A stretch of 64,000 nt of DNA from Bacteroidales bacterium (lineage in GTDB: Bacteria; Bacteroidota; Bacteroidia; Bacteroidales; WCHB1-69): NCBI GenBank assembly GCA_017525245.1, contig JAFXTE010000025.1:57116-121115 (forward strand), in the 5' to 3' direction. Shown in pieces: positions 46,840 to 54,771 of this stretch. Below the pieces are notes generated by a model. It was not told where the DNA came from. It made no database searches and saw only the letters and a list, made by a program, of their open reading frames with translations. Within the stretch, counting starts at the first letter, position 1. Every line of letters starts with the position of its first letter. The translations under genes and the position numbers were made by a program.

Positions 46840-47871
46840 ATGAAAAGAATTTGTTTTTTGATATGCGGCTTAATATGGTGTTTGTGTGGCTGGTCGCAGC
46901 CAACGGACACCCTGCACAGAATAATGTTCTACAATGTGGAGAATCTGTTTCACCCATCAGACGACAGTTTGAAGGCAGATGACGATTTCACTCCGACAGG
47001 CAGCTATCACTGGACTTATAAGAAGTATTATCGGAAGATTGCAATGATAGGGAAAGTGATTGTGGCGGCGGGAATGGGTGACCCGCCGTGGCTTGTCGGA
47101 TTAGCGGAAGTCGAGAACGAAAAAGTGCTGAAAGATTTATGCTACAACTCGCCGCTGCGGAAATACCGGTACAGGTTTGTCCATTACGACTCTCCTGACC
47201 GCCGCGGCGTGGATGTGGCACTGCTTTACCGGGACAGCTGCGTGAGGATTCTGCGGAGCCGGAAAATTCCCGTGGTCTTCCCGTTCGACACGTTCGCCCG
47301 CAACCGTGACATCCTCTATGCTGTGGTGCGGTTCCCGTCGGGCGACTCACTGAATATGCTGGTGAACCACTGGACTTCGCGATACGGCGGGTATGCCGCC
47401 ACTGTGCCCAAACGCAACCACTACGCCTCTGTGGTGCGGCATTGCGTGGACTCGCTGATGGCGGAGAACCCTCGCGCCAAGATTCTGATTACCGGCGACT
47501 TCAACGATTACCCTACCGATGAGAGTATGCACGATTATCTTCGGGTGAAGGAGTTCGGCACGCGCCTTCCGAGAGACACTCTCTACAACCTGATGCTTGC
47601 TTTTGCGCGTCAGAGTCTGCACGGATCCCACAAGCACGAGGACTTCTGGGGCTGCCTGGACCAGTTTATCGTGTCCGACGCTTGGATGACAGACAGTTCC
47701 GGTGTGCATCAGATCGGAGGGGCGCATATCTTCGACGCGGATTTCCTGTTGGTGGACGATGAGAAATATGGCGGGAAAAAGAACTACCGTACCTTCCTTG
47801 GCCCTCGCTACATCGGCGGCTTCGCCGACCACCTACCCGTGTATGTGGAATTTTGGTGCGGTTGTCAATAA
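46840..47871 (+). CDS. endonuclease/exonuclease/phosphatase (EEP) family protein, exported
   Basis: Signal MKRICFLICGLIWCLCGWSQ. EEP-like blocks are MFYNVENLF, LVGLAEVEN, GDFNDYP, SDHLP-like ADHLPV. Confidence 0.75.
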   Translation: MKRICFLICGLIWCLCGWSQPTDTLHRIMFYNVENLFHPSDDSLKADDDFTPTGSYHWTYKKYYRKIAMIGKVIVAAGMGDPPWLVGLAEVENEKVLKDLCYNSPLRKYRYRFVHYDSPDRRGVDVALLYRDSCVRILRSRKIPVVFPFDTFARNRDILYAVVRFPSGDSLNMLVNHWTSRYGGYAATVPKRNHYASVVRHCVDSLMAENPRAKILITGDFNDYPTDESMHDYLRVKEFGTRLPRDTLYNLMLAFARQSLHGSHKHEDFWGCLDQFIVSDAWMTDSSGVHQIGGAHIFDADFLLVDDEKYGGKKNYRTFLGPRYIGGFADHLPVYVEFWCGCQ

Positions 47872-47908
47872 TCTTTCAACACATAGTGGTTAGTATGATA
47901 AAAAAGTG

Positions 47909-47916
47909 TATTTTTG
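47909..47916 (+). promoter_or_regulatory. -7 box TAttTTTG for rpsP-rimM
   Basis: tatttttgccgcc lies 35 nt upstream of ATG 47952. Confidence 0.45.
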
Positions 47917-47951
47917 CCGCCGAATTATTTAACCCTTAAAAAAACGTATTT

Positions 47952-48521
47952 ATGGCAACAAGAATCAGATTACAAAGACGCGGTAAGAAGAACCAACCTT
48001 TTTACCACCTTGTAATTGCGGATGGTCGAGCACCACGTGACGGACGTTTTATCGAAGATCTGGGCACCTACAACCCGCTGACCAATCCTGCAACTCTCAA
48101 CATCAATTTCGACAGAGCCTTGTATTGGTTGGAAGTGGGCGCCACTCCTTCTGACACGGCCCGTGCGATTCTCAAACGTGAAGGTGTTTACATGATGAAA
48201 CACCTCAAAGGCGGTGTGGCCAAGGGCGCTTTCAGTGAGACTGAGGCTCAACGCAGATTCGACGCTTGGAAGCAGGAGAAAAACTCCAAACTGAAAGACG
48301 TTGAAAATGCCGAGAGAGAAGCCAAGCGCAAAGTCGTGAAAGAGCGTCTCGCTGCTGAAACGAAAGTGAAAGAAGCCATCTCCGCAAAAGTGGCCGCAAA
48401 GGCTGCTGAAATCGCCGCTGCTCAGGCAAAAGCTGCTCAAGAAGCTGCTGAAGCCGCTGCCGCCGAGGCCGCTGCTGAAGAAGCCCCCGCCGCTGAAGCC
48501 GAACAACCGGCTGCTGAATAG
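47952..48521 (+). CDS. rpsP: 30S ribosomal protein S16 with long Ala/Glu/Lys-rich C-terminal tail
   Basis: The MATRIRLQRRGKKNQPFYHLVIADGRAPRDGRFIE core, followed by an approximately 100-aa low-complexity tail. Confidence 0.9.
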   Translation: MATRIRLQRRGKKNQPFYHLVIADGRAPRDGRFIEDLGTYNPLTNPATLNINFDRALYWLEVGATPSDTARAILKREGVYMMKHLKGGVAKGAFSETEAQRRFDAWKQEKNSKLKDVENAEREAKRKVVKERLAAETKVKEAISAKVAAKAAEIAAAQAKAAQEAAEAAAAEAAAEEAPAAEAEQPAAE

Positions 48522-48537
48522 TTTTTTCCGCCTGATT

Positions 48538-49065
48538 ATGGCAGACAAAAACTTCTACTATTTAGGCACACTAACAAAACCTTTCGGACTGAAAGGCGAG
48601 TTGTGTGCCTTTTTTGATGTTGATGACTGCGAACGCTACCTCAACCTTGAGGCCGTGTTCATCGAAACCGAGGGGGAAATGCTCCCCTATATGATTGAGA
48701 AACTGCAATATCGCGGCAACAACCAGTTTGTCGTCAAACTGCAGGACGTGGACATGAACAACGTGCGCGAATTTGTGCAGACGGATTTGTATCTGCCACT
48801 TAGCAGCCTGCCGAAACTCACCGGCAACCGTTTCTATTTCCACGAAGTGATTGGATTTAAAGTCGTTGACGACCGCTTGGGTGAAATCGGCACCTGCAAG
48901 GAGTTCATGGAACTCACCAACAATCCGTTGATGCAAGTTGACCATGACGGAACCGAAATCCTCATCCCCGCCTCCCAACAATTCGTCACCAAAGTTGACA
49001 GGGAAAACAAAACCCTGTATGTCACCACGCCAGAAGGGTTAGTGGATTTGTATCTTGACCGATAA
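48538..49065 (+). CDS. rimM: ribosome maturation factor RimM
   Basis: GTLTKPFGLKGEL N-domain and PRC-barrel C-domain, in conserved rpsP-rimM order. Confidence 0.85.
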   Translation: MADKNFYYLGTLTKPFGLKGELCAFFDVDDCERYLNLEAVFIETEGEMLPYMIEKLQYRGNNQFVVKLQDVDMNNVREFVQTDLYLPLSSLPKLTGNRFYFHEVIGFKVVDDRLGEIGTCKEFMELTNNPLMQVDHDGTEILIPASQQFVTKVDRENKTLYVTTPEGLVDLYLDR

Positions 49066-49085
49066 CAATCCGTTCCCCAAAAAAT

Positions 49086-49182
49086 CGTATCTTTCCTCTG
49101 AGATTGTAGAGACGTTTCATGAAACGTCTCTACAGCGTCAATTTTATCTGTCTGTGTATATTCGTAATTTATGTATATTTGC
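49086..49182 (+). repeat. 97-bp promoter-carrying repeat, copy B (palindrome 49105-49134)
   Basis: Aligns with copies A and C and lies directly upstream of purA. Confidence 0.85.
49174..49181 (+). promoter_or_regulatory. -7 box TAtaTTTG for purA (inside repeat copy B)
   Basis: The box lies 24 nt upstream of ATG 49206. Confidence 0.45.
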
Positions 49183-49205
49183 CCCGTTTTTCAAAAAACG
49201 AGAAT

Positions 49206-50474
49206 ATGAAAATGGACATTCTGCTCGGCCTGCAATGGGGCGATGAAGGAAAAGGAAAAATAGTGGACGTTCTCACGCCCAAATATGATGTGATTGCCCG
49301 TTTCCAAGGTGGTCCCAATGCCGGACACTCCCTGGAATTCAATGGAATACGGCACGTACTGCATATCATCCCCTCTGGCATCTTCCACAAAGAGAAGACC
49401 AACATCATCGGCAATGGCGTAGTTATCGACCCCATAATCTTTGAAGAGGAAATCAATGCACTGATAAACATGGGGTTGACACCTACCGATAACCTCTATA
49501 TCTCCCGCAAGGCGCACCTCATCCTGCCTACCCATAAACTGTTGGATGCCGCACAGGAAGCCCACAAAGGCAACATGAAGATTGGCTCCACGCTGAAGGG
49601 CATCGGACCGACCTATACGGACAAGACCGCCCGCACGGGGCTGCGCATTTGCGACCTCGAATCCCCTGATTTTGAGGCCAAATACCGCAAAAACATCGAG
49701 GAACATATCGAAATACTGCAAAACTATCATTTCGACTATGCCGCGAAACTTACCGAGTTGGACACCCAATGGCGCAAATCGTTGGACACGATTCGGAAAT
49801 TCAAATTCATTGATAGCGAATACGTTGTTCACCAATATCTTACCGAAGAAAAAACGGTTCTTGCGGAAGGTGCGCAAGGCACGCTGCTGGATCTCGAGTT
49901 CGGCGCTTACCCATTCGTGACCTCCTCCAACACTATCGCCGCAGGCGCGTTTACCGGACTCGGACTTGCACCGCACTACGCCGGTCGGGTTTTCGGTATC
50001 GTGAAAGCCTACTGCACCCGCGTGGGCAGCGGACCTTTCCCCACAGAACTCTTCGACGAAACCGGTGAATTTCTCCGCAAGGAAGGCAACGAATACGGCG
50101 CAACTACCGGAAGACCAAGACGTTGCGGTTGGCTTGACCTCATCGCACTCCAGTACGCCTTAATGATCAACGGCGTGACCGATATCGCCCTCACCAAGGC
50201 AGATGTACTCGACAAATTCGACGAAATCAAAGTCTGCACAGCATATCGCGTCAATGGAGAACTCACCGACCGGATGCCTTCCGCCAACGACGTGGAAATT
50301 GAACCCGTCTATACTACCCTGCCCGGCTGGAAAGCGGATATTTCCAAATGCAAAACGTACGAAGAACTTCCGAAAACGTTCAAGGATTATATCCAATTTA
50401 TTGAAAACAAGACCAATACTAAAATATCCATTGTGTCCGTGAGCCCCGACCGCGAAGGTACTATCTTTAGATAA
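49206..50474 (+). CDS. purA: adenylosuccinate synthase
   Basis: GLQWGDEGKGKIVD, GGPNAGH, TTGRPRRCGWLD. The track start at 49119 is an extension through the repeat. Confidence 0.95.
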   Translation: MKMDILLGLQWGDEGKGKIVDVLTPKYDVIARFQGGPNAGHSLEFNGIRHVLHIIPSGIFHKEKTNIIGNGVVIDPIIFEEEINALINMGLTPTDNLYISRKAHLILPTHKLLDAAQEAHKGNMKIGSTLKGIGPTYTDKTARTGLRICDLESPDFEAKYRKNIEEHIEILQNYHFDYAAKLTELDTQWRKSLDTIRKFKFIDSEYVVHQYLTEEKTVLAEGAQGTLLDLEFGAYPFVTSSNTIAAGAFTGLGLAPHYAGRVFGIVKAYCTRVGSGPFPTELFDETGEFLRKEGNEYGATTGRPRRCGWLDLIALQYALMINGVTDIALTKADVLDKFDEIKVCTAYRVNGELTDRMPSANDVEIEPVYTTLPGWKADISKCKTYEELPKTFKDYIQFIENKTNTKISIVSVSPDREGTIFR

Positions 50475-50502
50475 AGTTTCAGGTTTCAAGTTTCAGGTTT
50501 CA
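50475..50502. repeat. four heptamers RGTTTCA filling the whole purA to next-gene spacer
   Basis: Units are agtttca ggtttca agtttca ggtttca, and the last a is the A of ATG 50502. It is the reverse complement of the TGAAACY family at 62140-62167. Confidence 0.8.
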
Positions 50503-53500
50503 TGTCCTACTCCCCAAAAGACTGGCTACTGCAACTCATCTGCTGTACTTTGCTCTTGGCGGGGTGTCATTCCGTTTTTGCGCAAACGTCACCAACGGAC
50601 GATACGATGCTGATGGTTCTCCAACAATCAATGAATCATCACTTTGACTCGTTGAAACGCACGAATTACCCTGTCTATTACATGGCCTACAGGGTGAATG
50701 AAACAACCGCACATTGGGCAAGCGCCAATTTTGGGTACATCTATGACAACTCCAGCTCAAAATCTGCACTTTTGACCATCGAAATCCGTGTCGGGTCTCC
50801 GTCAACCGATAATCATCACTACCTGTCGTGTCAAAACAACCAGAAAATCAGACAAGTTGCGTTGCCGTTGGATTGTGACACCGCCTTAATCAAAAAAATC
50901 ATTACAGAGGAAACAAATCGGACATACGCGGAATCAGTTCTGCAATTTATTGAAAATCAAGTAAAAGAAAAAACCTTTCGACAAGATGACGATGAAACCT
51001 ACGCTTTTCTGACCTTTGCTTTCGACCAATATTATGAACCGCCTGTGACAGACACGCATTGGGATGAGGATAATATTGCCCAAATTCTTCGTCACTGCAC
51101 AAAAGAAACCTCTTTATCTCCGGAACTCACCGAAATATCCGCCAACCTCGTTTTCCAAACGACTCGTAAATACCTGGTTACCAGCGAAAACCGTAATTTT
51201 GTAGAAAATCATTGTTCTACCCTGCTGACATTGAAAACAGAAGGATTATCTCCTAAAAATAATCTAGAACACATTGAACATCAGCATTTTGCCAATTTCC
51301 CTGAACAGCTCCCCGATGCCGATGTATTGCAAAGCGAAATTCGGGATATGGAAGGTCGATTGTCAAACATCCTTCACGCGCCTGAGTATTTCTCGGATGG
51401 TGTGATAGATTTTGAAACGACAAAGGTTCCCGTTCTTTTCTCTGAAAAGGCGGCTTCCATTCTGGCGCATCACCTGTTTGGACACGAAATGGAAAAACCG
51501 CGTCACCATTTTTTGCAAGGGAAAGTGCTGCCTGAAGAGTTTTCCGTCATTTGCGACCCGACAATCCCGAAATATGACGGACATCCCTTAAACGGAAGCT
51601 ATCACTTTGACGACGAAGCAATTAATAGTCAGCGCATTACATTGATTGACAAAGGTGCATTGGAACAACTGCCCTCCACCCGCACGCAACAACCGGGTTC
51701 TTCTTATTCTAACGGACATGCAAGAGGTAATCTGCAACTGCCGTCTTCAAGACTATCCAATGTGATTGTAACCTCCAGTAAACCGCAGGATGACAATCAA
51801 TTAAGGGAACGTTTGATTGCAGAAGCCAATCAACAGAATAAAAAATTCGGATTATACGTGGAAGATGCCGAGATTGTTTGTGACACCACAAACAATCTAA
51901 TAACAATTTATCCCACAGTATGTTATAAAATCTTTGCCAATAATCTTCCCGATGAAGATGTGTGTGGCATTGTCATCCGTGGCAGTGCGCGGCAGTGGTT
52001 CAACAGCCTGATTGCCGGAGGTAACAATTCCGGAAGTGTTTCCATTCTTTGTCATAACCTGAATGATGAAATGGTCACACACAGCTGTTCTCCTGCACTG
52101 CTTTTCAGGCAAGCGGATGTTTATCCTGTGATAAAAAAATCAAGCAAACGCATTGTCAACCAAATCGTTGCTCCAATTTCTGACACAAGGGAAAATGTGT
52201 CCGAACTGTTTTTCCAAACCGCCCAGGAGGAATGGACTACCGATATCAAAGAAATGACGGTTGGGGACATCAATGCGCCTTATTATCAGGATTATCTGAT
52301 GACTGATGCAAAGATTTTCACTGTTGAAGCTTCTGAAGGAAGTCTTTTCTACTCAAACGAAAAACACGTTCGGCAAGTGGTTCCTAAAGTGCTGTTAGGC
52401 GGGGATTTATCCAACAATGAAAATCTATTTGATGAGTCAGAGGCACTTCCAACGGGTTATGCATTGTCTGTTGACAACCTTAACGGTGTTTTTGTCCGAG
52501 ACTTCCGCAAAGCCACTGAAGCAGAATATCTGAAAGCTGTCACGAATTGGGAAACCAAGAAAACAACTACGCAACAGACAGAATACAAACCTGTTAGAGA
52601 GCGTTCAAATGCAAGATTCAGCCAAACCTTTAACGAACAGCAGTTCAATTTCCCAACCTTGAACGAGTTGGAACTACTCGCCCGCGAAACCTCAGCTTCA
52701 CTCGCCAAACACGATTTCATAAACCATTCAGGAGCCAATATATATATTATGATGGGCAATGCCTACTTCTGGAACAGCGAAAAAACCACCTATATTCGTC
52801 CGATTACCATTATAGGGATGCAGTTATACGGGACTGTACAAACAGGCAGTGGTGAGGAATACATGGACGGCAATACATTTTTCTTCCCCGACATAGACTC
52901 TCTCCTCTCTTCAAAATATGTTCAGAACGAAATAGAACTATTAGTTTCTCATTTGCGAGAGGTAAAGCGTTCTGGCAATAACATGGTGGACTGCTTTTCC
53001 GGTCCCGTTTTGATAGAAGGCGAGGCGGTAGGACAATTTCTGGTTTCCGCGCTATTGGAAGGGAAGCCCAACTTGCTGACACAAAGAAAATCTGCTTTAG
53101 TATCGGATGCAAATCGTAAGTGCAAATCCTATTCTTTTGAAAACCAATTAGATAAAATTATTACCTCAAAAAAGATTACGATCACCGCGAACAAATCAGG
53201 TGATGTTTTTGACAAAGCTGCATTCGCCCGCTATGAGAAAACGGATGCCGAGGGCGTAGAGACTCAGGAAACAGAGATTATTCGTGACGGTGAACTCATT
53301 GCTCTGATGGGCAACAGAAACATCACGAAATCAACGCCTTACAGCAACGGTTTCCAACAGTTAGCTATCTGCAACGAGAGTTGTTTTGCCACGAAAGGGG
53401 CTTCGCGACTTGATTTTGAGCATAAAACCTCCGTTTCACACAAAAAGCTAAAACAGCTGCTTATCAAAGAGGCAAAAAAACAAGGTTGCCAATACGCATA

Positions 53501-53819
53501 CATCATTCGCCAGTTTTACGATGCTGATATCCAAAACATTCTGGACAAACAATCTTCCGATTACGTCCAATTGCTGCAATGCTATCGCGTGGATGTACGC
53601 ACAGGCAAAGAATTCCCGATAACCGATGCCAAGATGCCGACCCCCAATTTCTATCTGCTGGAAAAAATCCTGTTTGTATCTGATAAACAAGCTGATTTTC
53701 CTGTTATGATGCAGGTTCCGGGTGCAACGGGCAGCCGCAATTTCCCCTTCGCCGGTGTGCCCTCGTGCATTGTCGCGCCAAACGGTATAGTGATTAAAAG
53801 TGTATCTATTAAGTATTAA
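50502..53819 (+). CDS. probable lipoprotein made of two TldD/PmbA-like metallopeptidase modules
   Basis: Lipobox LLLAGC. The first module has a TldD-like block AHHLFGHEME...DDEAINSQRITLIDKGAL, in which the HExxxH position reads HHLFGH. The second module has GPVLIEGEAVGQFL...TDAEGVETQETEIIRDGEL, which is PmbA/TldD-like. Confidence 0.6.
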   Translation: MSYSPKDWLLQLICCTLLLAGCHSVFAQTSPTDDTMLMVLQQSMNHHFDSLKRTNYPVYYMAYRVNETTAHWASANFGYIYDNSSSKSALLTIEIRVGSPSTDNHHYLSCQNNQKIRQVALPLDCDTALIKKIITEETNRTYAESVLQFIENQVKEKTFRQDDDETYAFLTFAFDQYYEPPVTDTHWDEDNIAQILRHCTKETSLSPELTEISANLVFQTTRKYLVTSENRNFVENHCSTLLTLKTEGLSPKNNLEHIEHQHFANFPEQLPDADVLQSEIRDMEGRLSNILHAPEYFSDGVIDFETTKVPVLFSEKAASILAHHLFGHEMEKPRHHFLQGKVLPEEFSVICDPTIPKYDGHPLNGSYHFDDEAINSQRITLIDKGALEQLPSTRTQQPGSSYSNGHARGNLQLPSSRLSNVIVTSSKPQDDNQLRERLIAEANQQNKKFGLYVEDAEIVCDTTNNLITIYPTVCYKIFANNLPDEDVCGIVIRGSARQWFNSLIAGGNNSGSVSILCHNLNDEMVTHSCSPALLFRQADVYPVIKKSSKRIVNQIVAPISDTRENVSELFFQTAQEEWTTDIKEMTVGDINAPYYQDYLMTDAKIFTVEASEGSLFYSNEKHVRQVVPKVLLGGDLSNNENLFDESEALPTGYALSVDNLNGVFVRDFRKATEAEYLKAVTNWETKKTTTQQTEYKPVRERSNARFSQTFNEQQFNFPTLNELELLARETSASLAKHDFINHSGANIYIMMGNAYFWNSEKTTYIRPITIIGMQLYGTVQTGSGEEYMDGNTFFFPDIDSLLSSKYVQNEIELLVSHLREVKRSGNNMVDCFSGPVLIEGEAVGQFLVSALLEGKPNLLTQRKSALVSDANRKCKSYSFENQLDKIITSKKITITANKSGDVFDKAAFARYEKTDAEGVETQETEIIRDGELIALMGNRNITKSTPYSNGFQQLAICNESCFATKGASRLDFEHKTSVSHKKLKQLLIKEAKKQGCQYAYIIRQFYDADIQNILDKQSSDYVQLLQCYRVDVRTGKEFPITDAKMPTPNFYLLEKILFVSDKQADFPVMMQVPGATGSRNFPFAGVPSCIVAPNGIVIKSVSIKY

Positions 53820-53820
53820 G

Positions 53821-53862
53821 AACTTTGAACTTTGAACCTTGAACCTTGAACTTTGAACTTTG
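53821..53862. repeat. six tandem heptamers AACYTTG starting 1 nt after the stop codon
   Basis: Units are aactttg aactttg aaccttg aaccttg aactttg aactttg. Confidence 0.85.
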
Positions 53863-53896
53863 AGCACCACATTTATCCTCCTTCATTGAAAAAAAT

Positions 53897-53993
53897 CGTA
53901 CCTTTCCTCTGAAACTGTAGAGACGTTTCATGAAACGTCTCTACAGCGTCAATTTTATCTGTCTGTGTATTTTCGTAATTTATGTATCTTTGC
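53897..53993 (+). repeat. 97-bp promoter-carrying repeat, copy C (palindrome 53916-53945)
   Basis: Aligns with copies A and B and lies directly upstream of sufC. Confidence 0.85.
53985..53992 (+). promoter_or_regulatory. -7 box TAtcTTTG for sufCD (inside repeat copy C)
   Basis: The box lies 17 nt upstream of ATG 54010. Confidence 0.45.
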
Positions 53994-54009
53994 GCCCTAA
54001 TTTTTGAAT

Positions 54010-54771
54010 ATGCTTAAGATTGAAGATTTACACGTATCCATCAAGGATAGAGAGATATTGAAAGGCGTCAATTTAGAGGTGAAAGCGGGGGAAGTGCACG
54101 CCATTATGGGGCCGAACGGCACCGGAAAAAGCACGTTGGCATCCGCCATCGCCGGCAAGAGCGGCTACGAAGTGACGCAGGGAAATGTCTGGTTCAAAGG
54201 CAAAAACCTGCTGGATTTGTCGATTGAGGACCGCGCCCGCGAAGGCGTCTTCATCGGTTTCCAATACCCGGTGGAGATCCCCGGCGTGAGCATCGCCAAC
54301 TTTATGCGCACCGCCCTCAACGAGGTGCGCAAATACCGCGGCCTCGACCCGCTCAACGGTGCCCAGTTCCTCAAACTGATGGCCGAGAAACAGAAAGTGG
54401 TAGAGCTCACCGACAAGCTCAGCAACCGCTCCGTGAACGAGGGATTCTCCGGCGGCGAGAAAAAGCGCAACGAGATCTTCCAGATGGCGCTCCTCGACCC
54501 CTACCTTGCCATCCTCGACGAGACCGACTCCGGCCTCGACATCGACGCACTTCGCGTGGTCGCCAACGGCATTAACCACCTGCGCGGCGCAGACAAAGCC
54601 ATCATCGTCATCACTCACTACCAGAGACTGTTGGACTACATCGTCCCCGATGTGGTACACGTGCTTTTCGATGGCAAAATCGTGAAATCGGGTCCGAAAG
54701 AGCTGGCTCTCGAACTGGAGGAGCGCGGTTACGACTGGATTAAGGAAGAATACGAACAGGGCAAGTTATGA
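54010..54771 (+). CDS. sufC: Fe-S cluster assembly ATPase SufC
   Basis: Walker A GPNGTGKST, signature SGGEKKR, Walker B LAILDETDSGLD. The first ATG is at 54010; the track start at 54004 is TTG. Confidence 0.95.
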   Translation: MLKIEDLHVSIKDREILKGVNLEVKAGEVHAIMGPNGTGKSTLASAIAGKSGYEVTQGNVWFKGKNLLDLSIEDRAREGVFIGFQYPVEIPGVSIANFMRTALNEVRKYRGLDPLNGAQFLKLMAEKQKVVELTDKLSNRSVNEGFSGGEKKRNEIFQMALLDPYLAILDETDSGLDIDALRVVANGINHLRGADKAIIVITHYQRLLDYIVPDVVHVLFDGKIVKSGPKELALELEERGYDWIKEEYEQGKL

